Shown: positions 54,915 to 63,654, counted from the stretch's first letter. The stretch is DNA of 64,000 bases from a virus (IMGVR_UViG_2728369266_000003:1258-65257), one strand, 5' to 3'. Translations and numbers: made by a program. Notes: generated from the letters alone by a model not told the origin.

Positions 54915-55120
54915 CAGGCTGCCCACCCTCCGAACTCGTCGGCCGTCTCAGCGGCCAGCTGGTCGACGCGGGCGGTGGTGGCGATAGCGAGTCGGTTGGT
55001 GGTGTCGCGGGCTTCGGCTGCGAGCTGGTCGACACGGGCCTGGACGGCGATGTCACGGCTGCGGGTCCCGACACCGACGAACCGGATGACCTGTTCGTCG
55101 CTGCGGGGTACGGTGCTCAC
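54914..55120 (-). CDS. Hypothetical protein with ARVDQLAAE duplication
   Basis: AAGGAG SD; internal repeat. Confidence 0.55.
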   Translation of the reverse strand: MSTVPRSDEQVIRFVGVGTRSRDIAVQARVDQLAAEARDTTNRLAIATTARVDQLAAETADEFGGWAA

Positions 55121-55197
55121 GAGACTGCTCCTTCCTTTGCTGGTGTGTGCGGATCTCAACTGGCCCTGGGTGGCGGTGATGGCGCCCCCGGGGCCGC

Positions 55198-55395
55198 TTA
55201 GTGGCGGCTGCGGGTCCATTTCTCGCCGGACCCCTTGCAGGCCGTGCAGGCCAGCCAGCCCTTCGCCCCGGGGCTGTAGTAGCGGGCCGCCCGGAGACGT
55301 GCGGCGCTCCGAGGGTGGGTGGTCGGGTCAAGGCTGGTCACGTAGGTGCCGCACGCCCCGTTGCAGGTTGGGCATTTCTCGCGGGTGACGGTCAT
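55198..55395 (-). CDS. DnaJ-type Zn-finger small protein
   Basis: CPTCNGAC...CTACKGSG. Confidence 0.65.
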   Translation of the reverse strand: MTVTREKCPTCNGACGTYVTSLDPTTHPRSAARLRAARYYSPGAKGWLACTACKGSGEKWTRSRH

Positions 55396-55586
55396 CGGAT
55401 GTCCCCCTTCTGGGTTTTGCCGTAGAACCCGTCGGTTGGGTCGGTGGTGTGGGAGCGGTGGACGCGCCACCCGTCGGCCGTGACGACCAGTGGGTTCTTC
55501 GGGCTTTCTTCGTGTCCGCAGGCGGAACAGACGTGGCGGAGTCCCCGGTGGTCGCGGTCCTGCTGCTGCTGGGAGATCCAGTTCAC
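55392..55586 (-). CDS. Small CxxC/His protein
   Basis: CSACGH...H..H. Confidence 0.6.
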   Translation of the reverse strand: MNWISQQQQDRDHRGLRHVCSACGHEESPKNPLVVTADGWRVHRSHTTDPTDGFYGKTQKGDIR

Positions 55587-55768
55587 GGCTGCGCCTTCCT
55601 GGTGGCTGGTCTGTGGTGGGTCCGGGCCGGTGTGGGACGGGTGTCCGGCCCGGACCCTGCCCGGCACGTCGCGGGGGCGGTGTGCCGGGCGGCGGGCCTG
55701 CGTGGCGACCCGCCAGCCGCGAACCCCGGTGGAGGGGCACTCACCGGGTGGTCGCGGCCGTGTGGTGG

Positions 55769-55927
55769 CTAGTGGATCTCCTCGACGTAGACGCGGGTCG
55801 GCTCGCCCCACGTGGGGCGGCTCGCGTTGAACTCGCGGGCGACCCTCTCGGCCTCGTCTCGGGTGTCGAAGGTCTGCTCTAGGTGCGGTTCGGGCTGGTC
55901 GTCGAAGTACAGGCCGTACTTGCTCAT
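55769..55927 (-). CDS. 52-aa hypothetical protein
   Basis: GGAG SD; MSKYGLYFDDQPEPHLEQTFDTRDEAERVAREFN. Confidence 0.6.
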   Translation of the reverse strand: MSKYGLYFDDQPEPHLEQTFDTRDEAERVAREFNASRPTWGEPTRVYVEEIH

Positions 55928-56063
55928 CTGGGCTGCTCCACGGTGTGGTGGTTGGTGGCCCCGACCCTGGCGGCCAGGACGGCGACGTCAGAGCCGGGGT
56001 GGTTTGGGGGCCTCGCGGCTGGGCCTGTTACTCCGGGGCGGGAGGACCCAACCGCGAGGCGTT

Positions 56064-56306
56064 CTAGGGGGCGGACCTGCGCCACTCGATGGCGAACTCT
56101 TCGATGGAGACGGTTCGCCACTGCGCGGCTTCCACGAGTGCATCGATGAACGCTCGGCTGACCAGCGCACGACGCCCGATCTTCAAACCGGGAATCTGCC
56201 CAGCGTCGAGCTTCCGTCGGATGCTCATCCCCGAGAACCCGACCAGTCGGGCGGCCTCGTTCACTGAAATGAACGGACCGTCAGTGTCGGACTCGGGCGG
56301 TGTCAC
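56064..56306 (-). CDS. HTH_17 excisionase/Cro-like DNA-binding protein
   Basis: ISVNEAARLVGFS..SIRRKL..GQIPGLKIGRRALV. Confidence 0.85.
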   Translation of the reverse strand: MTPPESDTDGPFISVNEAARLVGFSGMSIRRKLDAGQIPGLKIGRRALVSRAFIDALVEAAQWRTVSIEEFAIEWRRSAP

Positions 56307-56337
56307 TGGTCCTCCTAGGTGCTCTTGCGTCACCACC

Positions 56338-56366
56338 ACTATCAGCCTAGAGAGCCTTAGTGTCAA
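56338..56366 (-). promoter_or_regulatory. Leftward promoter for HTH-spd-tra arm
   Basis: TTGACA-N17-GATAGT. Confidence 0.7.
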
Positions 56367-56518
56367 GGAGAAGTTTGATCCCTAGATCACTGAACGCACG
56401 TGGGTCACTCAGGGAACTGAGGGAACGAGGAATTTGGGTTCCGGACCGACCGTTGACCCCGATGTACGCTGACCTAGGTACCAAAGAGAGCAAAGAGCCC
56501 ACAGATAGCGAGGCATCC

Positions 56519-57274
56519 ATGACACCGCGCCGGCCAGTGAGCTACCTCCAGGTCGCCGAGGAGCTACGCCGCCGCATCCACAGCGGCGAGTACGGCCCCG
56601 GTGACCGGATTCCGTCCACCAGCCAACTCCAGGAAGAATTCGACTGCGCCAACACGACCATCCAGCGAGCCATCCGCGAACTCAAGCGCGAGGGCATCGT
56701 CGAAGGGGCGACCGGATCAGGCGTCTTCGTGCGCACGGTTCGCCCCGTCATGCACGTGACGGCCTCCTACGTCACGCAGGTCGGAGACCAGCCCCGCGCC
56801 TCGTGGAAGTCCGAGGCGGAACGGCTGGGCATGCGAGGCGACCAGCGCATCACCCACGTTGGGACCGTGGAGGCGCCACCGGAGATCGCTGTCCACTTGG
56901 GTGTGGACGAAGGCGAGCCTGTCGCCATCCGCCGCCGTGTGATGCTGCTCGATGGCGAACCCGTGCAGCTGGCTGATTCCTACTACCCGCTCGACCTCGC
57001 GCAGGGCACGCCGCTCGCAGCCCCCGGCAAGCTGGTCGGCGGGACGGTCGGCGTCCTTGAGTCCCTGGTGGAACTCGGAGACTTCGAGGAGAAGGTGCGG
57101 GCGCGCGCTGCTACTGCCGACGAGCAGCGGGACCTGAAGTTGAATCCCGGGGCGATCGTGCTGGTGATGATCCGGACGACGCTCACCACCGATGGGCGCC
57201 CTGTCGAGGTGGGGTACACGGTGCTGACGGCTGATCGCCATGAGCTGTGCTATCGGCTGCCAGCCCGCGCGTGA
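56519..57274 (+). CDS. GntR/UTRA repressor (KorSA/TraR-like)
   Basis: YLQVAEELRRRI..GEYGPGDRIPS..L..EF; UTRA domain. Confidence 0.92.
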   Translation: MTPRRPVSYLQVAEELRRRIHSGEYGPGDRIPSTSQLQEEFDCANTTIQRAIRELKREGIVEGATGSGVFVRTVRPVMHVTASYVTQVGDQPRASWKSEAERLGMRGDQRITHVGTVEAPPEIAVHLGVDEGEPVAIRRRVMLLDGEPVQLADSYYPLDLAQGTPLAAPGKLVGGTVGVLESLVELGDFEEKVRARAATADEQRDLKLNPGAIVLVMIRTTLTTDGRPVEVGYTVLTADRHELCYRLPARA

Positions 57275-57303
57275 ACGGAGCGCCCAGGAGGCGCACCAGC
57301 CGA

Positions 57304-57335
57304 GAGAGCCCCGACTGTGACCGGTCGGGGCTCTC
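57304..57335. terminator. Bidirectional terminator
   Basis: GAGAGCCCCGAC / GTCGGGGCTCTC. Confidence 0.8.
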
Positions 57336-57346
57336 GCATGTTTCGG

Positions 57347-57589
57347 CTAGACGATGAAGGTTCCCTTGGCTGGCAGTGTGCGGACGGCGCCGCGGTCGCG
57401 CAGCACCCTGATGGCGCGTCGAGCCGTGTCAATGGAAACCTCGTACTCGGCGGCGAGGTCGCGCTCACCGGGCAACCGCGCACCGGAATTCAGGTCTCCT
57501 GAGGCGATACGCGCCTCGATGTGGTCGGCCATCTGAACGTAGACGTACTCGTGCGGCGCTGGCTCCCACGCCGCAAGATCATCTGCCAT
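57347..57589 (-). CDS. Single-domain GntR winged-HTH regulator
   Basis: YVQMADHI..RI.SG......LPGERDLAAEY.VS..TARRA. Confidence 0.88.
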   Translation of the reverse strand: MADDLAAWEPAPHEYVYVQMADHIEARIASGDLNSGARLPGERDLAAEYEVSIDTARRAIRVLRDRGAVRTLPAKGTFIV

Positions 57590-57698
57590 GTACCCCACCG
57601 TAGAACGGTGCTGAGCTGCGCCGATGTAGGCAGAGCGGCGCACCGCTATGCGCCGCGTGGCACCGCTCTGTAGGCTCCGACCGGAGAGAGGGGGAGCG

Positions 57699-57944
57699 AT
57701 GGCAGAGGACATGTATGTCCTTGTCGGACATGCCGGGACGCGGGAGCGGGCCCGGATACTGGCCGAGACCGTCGAAGGCGTGTACTGGGCGGACGCTGAA
57801 CCTGGCGGTGACCTGATCGTGGTTGACCCGGAAGGTGTGATGCGGCTCGCCAAAGGCGGCGGGATGTGGGTGCGGGACGACGACTACGAAGTGCACATGG
57901 CGGACGGGTCGATCCTTCATCTGACTCCGGTGAAGGCGCGGTGA
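57699..57944 (+). CDS. Hypothetical protein divergent from small GntR
   Basis: GGGGAG SD. Confidence 0.6.
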   Translation: MAEDMYVLVGHAGTRERARILAETVEGVYWADAEPGGDLIVVDPEGVMRLAKGGGMWVRDDDYEVHMADGSILHLTPVKAR

Positions 57945-57963
57945 CGGAGGGCATCTACACGCC

Positions 57964-58362
57964 ATGACCACCGAAGCTCTCGTGTGCGCAGCCGTTGTCG
58001 TCCGTGCCGGACACCTGTTGCTCGTTCGGCGACGCGTTGCTGAAGGGTGTCTGTCGTGGCAACTCCCGGCCGGCAAGGCGGAACCGGAGGAGTCCGCAGA
58101 GGTGGCCGCGGCGAGGGAGGCGCTGGAAGAGACCGGCGTGCTCGTCGAACCGGTCCAGTACCTCGGCGAGCGGGTCCATCCGTTGACCCGACGCAGGATG
58201 GCCTATGTCGCTTGCAAGTTCGTGTCTGGCGAGGCTCACGTCGTAGATGCGGATGAGATCGCCCAAGTGGCCTGGGCTGCTCCCGACGAATGGAGTGACC
58301 TGGTGCCTTACGGATTCGCGCCGATGGTGCAGGACTACCTCGCCAGCGTGGAAGCCTGCTGA
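57964..58362 (+). CDS. Nudix hydrolase (AICE MutT/Pif-like)
   Basis: WQLPAGKAEPEESAEVAAAREALEETG. Confidence 0.92.
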   Translation: MTTEALVCAAVVVRAGHLLLVRRRVAEGCLSWQLPAGKAEPEESAEVAAAREALEETGVLVEPVQYLGERVHPLTRRRMAYVACKFVSGEAHVVDADEIAQVAWAAPDEWSDLVPYGFAPMVQDYLASVEAC

Positions 58363-58425
58363 GAGATCCGTTCCGCCGCATGGACTGGGTCTTACTGTAT
58401 TCAAGGATAGGGACTAAGGTTCCCC

Positions 58426-58455
58426 TTGACACCTAGGTTACTAACGGTCGATAGT
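58426..58455 (+). promoter_or_regulatory. Rightward promoter with ACCTAGGT palindrome in spacer
   Basis: TTGACA-N18-GATAGT. Confidence 0.7.
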
Positions 58456-58536
58456 TGAGCACAGAGAAGCCCCGGCCGGTGTCATCACCACCGAACCGGG
58501 GCCAAGGTCCAATCCCTGCCTACACAGGAGAACCTG

Positions 58537-58761
58537 ATGCAGCAGTTTACGCTGCCGTCCGAGCGTGTCCTCGTGACCCGCCTCCCGGACCTCGCGATCT
58601 ACGCCGTCCCCGCCACCAGCCACACCACCGTTCGCATCCTCCACAGCGACACGGGCCGCGACACCGCGCTCGTCCCGGTCGCCCAGTACCCGCGTTTCCT
58701 GACCCCTGAGGTCGTCGCCGCCGCGCAGACCGCCTACACCCGGCAGGCGGTGGCCGCGTGA
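58537..58761 (+). CDS. Hypothetical protein
   Basis: AGGAG SD. Confidence 0.65.
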   Translation: MQQFTLPSERVLVTRLPDLAIYAVPATSHTTVRILHSDTGRDTALVPVAQYPRFLTPEVVAAAQTAYTRQAVAA

Positions 58762-58979
58762 TCGCCGCTGACACTGTCATCCACGCCCACGGCGTCCCCG
58801 TGCATGTGTGGCAGGTCCCCACCATGGACCCGGACTTCCCGGCGATGATCATCCAGGCTGGCGATGGATCTGCGTGGGTGGCGCTGGTGCGGGACCTGAC
58901 CGCCGAGACCCTAGCGGCTGCACTGGAGATCGCGGACCCCGTGATCGGGTCCGCCCTCACCGCGGAGGTGGCCGCGTGA
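58758..58979 (+). CDS. Hypothetical protein
   Basis: GTGA coupling. Confidence 0.6.
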   Translation: MIAADTVIHAHGVPVHVWQVPTMDPDFPAMIIQAGDGSAWVALVRDLTAETLAAALEIADPVIGSALTAEVAA

Positions 58980-59164
58980 GTACCATCCCCGCCCGCGACC
59001 TGACGCCCGGCGACCGGGTCGAGTACCGCCACCACCAGGTCCACACCGTTACGACCGTGGAGACCACCCCCGGCGGCTGGGTGACGGTTACCCAGACCGA
59101 CGAGCGGGGCCGTCCGGTGGAGGTCCACTACCGGCCCGGTGAGACCGCGCAGATCACCGCTTGA
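58976..59164 (+). CDS. Small beta-barrel protein
   Basis: ARDLTPGDRV; GTGA coupling. Confidence 0.65.
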   Translation: MSTIPARDLTPGDRVEYRHHQVHTVTTVETTPGGWVTVTQTDERGRPVEVHYRPGETAQITA

Positions 59165-59263
59165 GAAGCGTCCGCCGTGATCCTGCGGCGGAGAAGTCGG
59201 ACCCCAGGCGCTCACCTTCCACAGCACGCGCCCGGGGTCCTTACCCCTTTGGGAGCACCCATT

Positions 59264-59407
59264 ATGTCCACCCCCACGCCGAAGCCCACAACCCCCGAGC
59301 CCAAGCGCGGTCCCAACCGCCACGAGTACAAGCACAGCGGCGAGCTGCCGAAGTGGCGCGACGCCAACGACAAGCAGCAGGCCCAGCGGGCGAGGAAGGG
59401 GCGCTGA
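59264..59407 (+). CDS. Small basic protein
   Basis: GGAG SD; TGATG coupling. Confidence 0.5.
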   Translation: MSTPTPKPTTPEPKRGPNRHEYKHSGELPKWRDANDKQQAQRARKGR

Positions 59408-59775
59408 TGTCCTTCACCCTTCCGGGCCTCGTAGTCCACCCCGACGGGGTCGCCGAGCCCGTGGACATCCCCGGCACCAACCCGCACGGGCACATCCGCC
59501 GCCTCCTCGGCGGCGACCCGCGAATCCACGTCGACCACCCCACCGGCCTGCGGACCTGGGCGCAGCCACCCACATCGAAGGGGCGCTGCCCCAGCGGCGA
59601 CTTCAACCCCGCAGCGAGCCTGGTGGCCGCCGCCTACGGCCACGACCGCGCCACCTACCACGGGCCTGTGCTGGTGATGGGCGCCAGCACACGCTGGGAC
59701 CATCGCCGGCTGATCCGGACCGTCGGTGCCCGGGTCCGCGGCGAGTACAAGCCGTGCATCGCCTGCGGCCGATAA
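59407..59775 (+). CDS. DUF3846-like protein
   Basis: LVVHPDG, LLGG, NPAAS, HGPVLVMG. Confidence 0.55.
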   Translation: MSFTLPGLVVHPDGVAEPVDIPGTNPHGHIRRLLGGDPRIHVDHPTGLRTWAQPPTSKGRCPSGDFNPAASLVAAAYGHDRATYHGPVLVMGASTRWDHRRLIRTVGARVRGEYKPCIACGR

Positions 59776-59812
59776 CCAATCACACGCACGAGACATCGAA
59801 GGAGCCCCGCTG

Positions 59813-60031
59813 ATGGGACTGTTCAGCCGCAAGACCAACGCCGATCGCCCGCAGACGGTTGCCCTGCGCAACCAGTACAAGGCGCGGGTCCGCGAGATCG
59901 AGAAGCAGATCGCCGACCTCGACGCCGACCACGCCCGCGACCCCTCCGACCCGCAGGGCCACCACCACATCCGCCGGAACCTCGAAGCGAACCTGTCCAT
60001 CTGCAAGGACAACGTCCGCGACCTCACCTGA
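59813..60031 (+). CDS. Helical-hairpin hypothetical protein
   Basis: AAGGAG SD. Confidence 0.6.
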   Translation: MGLFSRKTNADRPQTVALRNQYKARVREIEKQIADLDADHARDPSDPQGHHHIRRNLEANLSICKDNVRDLT

Positions 60032-60125
60032 CCCACCGCCCGCCCGGATCCAGCCGGCGCCCCGGGTGCAACGCCCGGGGCGGGCGCGTCCCCTCACTCA
60101 CTCCTACTGCAAGGGAGACCCAACC

Positions 60126-60824
60126 ATGCCCGCCCCCGCCTACTACATGCTGACCGTCGCCACCAGCCACGCCCCCGGAGACACCATTCCCGACGACGGC
60201 GAATGGTCCCCAGCCGCCGTGTACACCGACGATCCCCGCAAGCTCGAAGCGTCCGAGCTGCTGGGTGGTGACGGCGACCTCGTCGACATCGTCAACGGCG
60301 TCGTCCATCCGCAGATCCTGCGCGTCACCCCAACGGGCCCGGTGCGGCTGCACAGCGACTACTACAAGAACACTGACGGCGCCCCTGAGTTCGGGGACCT
60401 GCTCGAAGCCGAACGGTGGACCGTGGCGGCGGTCGAACCGCTGGCGGCGCTCCTGGGGCCGCAGGCCGACCACATCACCGCCGCCATCCGGCTCGGGTTC
60501 CCCGCCATCGACGGCGACTCCCCGACCGCCCTGGCCTACGCCGCGGCGGTCGACCACCACTGGGAGCGGGTCGGGGCACCGGCCGTCCACGATGCCGAGG
60601 AAGCCGCCCGAATCGCCCTGAGGCACGCTGGCGTCGACGACTACTGGTGGGCCCACAGCGGCTGCGTGGGAGGCAGCGAGCTGATGGCCCTGGCGGCCCG
60701 CGACCTGATCGGCTCGACACCAGCGTGGACTCAGGACGCTTACGACCTGCTCACCAGTCCGTGGCGGGCGAGTGTGGGACCGCTTCACCCCGACGACGCG
60801 CCGCTGACCGTAACTGCCCACTGA
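60126..60824 (+). CDS. Actinophage-type hypothetical protein
   Basis: ALAARDLIG...YDLLT.PWR..VGPLHPDD. Confidence 0.7.
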   Translation: MPAPAYYMLTVATSHAPGDTIPDDGEWSPAAVYTDDPRKLEASELLGGDGDLVDIVNGVVHPQILRVTPTGPVRLHSDYYKNTDGAPEFGDLLEAERWTVAAVEPLAALLGPQADHITAAIRLGFPAIDGDSPTALAYAAAVDHHWERVGAPAVHDAEEAARIALRHAGVDDYWWAHSGCVGGSELMALAARDLIGSTPAWTQDAYDLLTSPWRASVGPLHPDDAPLTVTAH

Positions 60825-60847
60825 CCATCACAGAAATGGAGCACACC

Positions 60848-61189
60848 ATGCCCAACCCAACCGAACACTGTCCCGACTGCGGCGTCGGAATCGGCGCCCG
60901 CCATGACACCGACTGCGACTGGGCTCAATGCGCCGCCACCGGCACCCAGTACCTCATGTGCCCCGACGAGGGCCCCGACTGCCGCCCCGACCACTGGAAC
61001 GGCTACATGGGCGGCGGGAAGGAAGCCGTGGACCTCGGCTGGTGGATCGTGTGGGTTCCGCCGGCGCCAGGGGAGGTGGGTGGCCGGTTCGTGCCGTGCC
61101 CGCCGGACATGAAGGACGCCATCCCGGACACTCAGCGCGTGATGCGCACCCACAAGTGGGACCGGGCCCGCGAGTGCTGGGTGCGGTAG
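60848..61189 (+). CDS. Cys-rich phage protein
   Basis: CPDC....H...CD...C. Confidence 0.7.
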   Translation: MPNPTEHCPDCGVGIGARHDTDCDWAQCAATGTQYLMCPDEGPDCRPDHWNGYMGGGKEAVDLGWWIVWVPPAPGEVGGRFVPCPPDMKDAIPDTQRVMRTHKWDRARECWVR

Positions 61190-61205
61190 TTCACGGGCGC
61201 TGACC

Positions 61206-61538
61206 GTGCTTGAGAGGAAACCGCTGGTGGACCTGACCCAGAGCGAGACTGAAGACCTGCGATCGGCCCTGAGTTGCGCTTTCGGCGCCGACCTCGCCGA
61301 CGAATTCAGCGAGGACTTCCTGATCTGCTTGGTTTCCCGCCTGCCAGCGACGGTGATCGAGCTGGCCGACGAGTGGACCTGGAATGACACCGAGGTGCGC
61401 GAGGCCGCCTGCGCTGAAGCCGAACGGCTCCTCGGCGTGGCCGACATGGCCCCTGGGGAGACCCCGCGAGGTTCGTCGATGAGGCGAGAGCTTCCTACGC
61501 GGCGTGGACCCGCCCAAGCCCGGACGCCTGAGTGCTGA
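61206..61538 (+). CDS. Hypothetical protein
   Basis: WTWNDTEVRE; ORF. Confidence 0.55.
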   Translation: MLERKPLVDLTQSETEDLRSALSCAFGADLADEFSEDFLICLVSRLPATVIELADEWTWNDTEVREAACAEAERLLGVADMAPGETPRGSSMRRELPTRRGPAQARTPEC

Positions 61539-61585
61539 GTGCAGTGACAGGAACGAGTGCTGAACGCGTAAGAAGGTAGATAGGT

Positions 61586-62449
61586 ATGAACTCTAATCCC
61601 GAAGGGCACTCGACTTCCACCATGGCCGCCCTCTGGTGGATTGAGATGGTCCGCGAACTCCGGTTGGACGCGGACCTCACCGCTGTCGCTGAATCTCTCG
61701 CTCGGCATGCGAACCCCTCAGGGAAGGACTCCAACCCCGGGCGCAAGAAGGTTAGCCAGGACACTGGACTACCGCCCAATGACGTCACTAAGGCATTCCG
61801 GAAGCTGCAAAGTATCGGCGTTCTGGACGTAGCCCGCGATTACACACCCCAGGGATTCACGCTCTACCTCCTGGTCGACCCCTCGAAGCCACACAGAGAT
61901 CAGAAGAACGACATCCTCATGCCAACAGAAGACGTCAAGGCTCCCTCGGATGCGCTGCTCATTGCGCTGCCGCCCCTGAGCGAGGCCCACGCCCCCCACA
62001 AAGATCCGAACCCTCGGGGAAGCCTCATGGGTGTCGCGCCAGCCTCGATCTATCCCAAGTCGACGCCTAGGCGCAGGCCCGTTCGTGGCCAGTCGAAGCC
62101 GGAGCATCCGGTGAAGCGCAAGGGAGTCCGCCGCAAGGAGACCATCCTGTACCGCTACTACGACGATAAGGACGTCCTGCTGTACGTCGGGGTGTCCGCG
62201 AACATGCCCGGCCGCTTGGAGGGGCACGAAGACGATTCGACATGGATGGACTTCGCAGCCCGATCCACCCTGGAGCACTTCACTGACCGAGCCGACGCCG
62301 AAGCCGCTGAGATCACCGCGATCGAGACGGATCGGCCGATCTTCAACATCCTCCACAACGAGAACCCGGATCGCGTGCGACGGATCGTCGACTACCTGAT
62401 CGACCGAGACCGACGAGACCTGTTGGTGCCGCTGATCTCGCGGGGATGA
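61586..62449 (+). CDS. Winged-HTH plus GIY-YIG nuclease fusion
   Basis: N-terminal HTH (PGRKKVSQDTGL...VTKAFRKL..IGVL); LYRYYD...LLYVGVS...RLEGH, E..AI...RPIFN. Confidence 0.8.
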   Translation: MNSNPEGHSTSTMAALWWIEMVRELRLDADLTAVAESLARHANPSGKDSNPGRKKVSQDTGLPPNDVTKAFRKLQSIGVLDVARDYTPQGFTLYLLVDPSKPHRDQKNDILMPTEDVKAPSDALLIALPPLSEAHAPHKDPNPRGSLMGVAPASIYPKSTPRRRPVRGQSKPEHPVKRKGVRRKETILYRYYDDKDVLLYVGVSANMPGRLEGHEDDSTWMDFAARSTLEHFTDRADAEAAEITAIETDRPIFNILHNENPDRVRRIVDYLIDRDRRDLLVPLISRG

Positions 62450-62604
62450 ACACGGACTCGCTGCGTGGGGCGCTTGACCGGATCGTGTGGCGGGGTGGTG
62501 GCGCGCCCCGTCACGATCTGGACAACCCGGATTTCCGGGACGCCCTGGAAACGCACCCATCGGTAACCCTCGTGTGCTTACTCTGTACTGAGTAAGCTCG
62601 AATC

Positions 62605-62859
62605 ATGGCCAAGACGACGATCACTCTCCCGGACGACGTCGTCATGCAGCGCGCCCGTGAGATCGCCGACCAGAGCGAGCAATCTCTGGAAATCTTCGTC
62701 CATCGGGCCGTCCGCGCCGCCATACTCAGCGACGAAGCCGCACAGATCGCAGCCGCCGGCGGGTTCGACCCCGTCGAGGATGCGCTGCTCGCTGAGGAGG
62801 ACGCTGAAGCCATGGAGCGCGACTACGAAGAGGCCGCCAGGCGGCAAGGCACGGTGTGA
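62605..62859 (+). CDS. Putative antitoxin (RHH/CopG-like)
   Basis: KTTITLPDD N-terminus, acidic C-terminus; GTGA overlap with toxin. Confidence 0.7.
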   Translation: MAKTTITLPDDVVMQRAREIADQSEQSLEIFVHRAVRAAILSDEAAQIAAAGGFDPVEDALLAEEDAEAMERDYEEAARRQGTV

Positions 62860-63185
62860 GGAAGGGCGAAATCTGGGCCGTCCGCTCCGCAATACGCACC
62901 GATCGCCCCTACCAGCCGATGCTGGTCCTCGCGGCCGATGACGTGATCCGCCACACCGACCCCGCCCCGGTGTCGGCGGCGCCGATCGTGGAGGACACCA
63001 CTCAGCCGCAGAACCTCCGCCTGCTAGGGGTCCCTCTGCAGGAGCCTGTGAAGGGCGTGGTGCGGGTGATCGGCATCACCCCGGTGCGGCGCGTCCGGTT
63101 CGAAGAGTTGCTGGGGCGGGTGAGTTTCGCCGAGTTGGAGCAGGTGGATGCCGCGATCCGCGCGGTGTACGGCCTACGAGTGTGA
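62856..63185 (+). CDS. PemK/MazF-fold toxin
   Basis: MRKGEIWAV, LVL, R..ELLGRVS..ELEQVDAAIRAVYGL. Confidence 0.75.
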   Translation: MRKGEIWAVRSAIRTDRPYQPMLVLAADDVIRHTDPAPVSAAPIVEDTTQPQNLRLLGVPLQEPVKGVVRVIGITPVRRVRFEELLGRVSFAELEQVDAAIRAVYGLRV

Positions 63186-63240
63186 CCCTGAACGTGCGTG
63201 AGCCCCGACCGGACGGTCGGGGCTCCATTCGTGAGCGCGG

Positions 63241-63654
63241 CTACCAAGGGTCTCCCGGCATCCCCTCAGTGTTCTCCGCGCACCACTCCTCCATCTCCGC
63301 GGCGGCAGCGTCAGCATCGCCCATGTGCTCTACCGCGATCGCGTGGAGAGCAGGCTCGGCGTCCTCATCTAGGGCGTCTGTAACTACCTCCCAGATGAGC
63401 GCTTGGGCTTCGGCGTCGTCAGTGGCAGTGTTCATCCGCTCGTACCCGTCGGCTAGCCGTAGCCCCTCACAAATCAAGAAGGCACGGGGCGACACATCGT
63501 CGTCGGTTGGGGTCGCCGCTGGAATCGTTGCGGTCGGAACGATGACCTCGATCTCGGAGAACGACGGGGACGGCGCGGCGGATTCGGCGGGGGCGCCGCA
63601 GCCGGCGGCGGCTGCCAGTGCTGCGGCGGCGAGGGTTCGTGCGGGTAGTGGCAT
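63241..63654 (-). CDS. Lipoprotein
   Basis: Signal peptide with lipobox AAGC; internal Cys pair. Confidence 0.7.
   Translation of the reverse strand: MPLPARTLAAAALAAAAGCGAPAESAAPSPSFSEIEVIVPTATIPAATPTDDDVSPRAFLICEGLRLADGYERMNTATDDAEAQALIWEVVTDALDEDAEPALHAIAVEHMGDADAAAAEMEEWCAENTEGMPGDPW

Noticed and set aside
55924-56082. Small ORF between HTH_17 gene and 55927
   Set aside because: Weak codon bias and no clear SD; not called
45694-58362. RepSA rolling-circle initiator or relaxase of the AICE module
   Set aside because: No HUH or Rep_trans motifs recognised in any ORF
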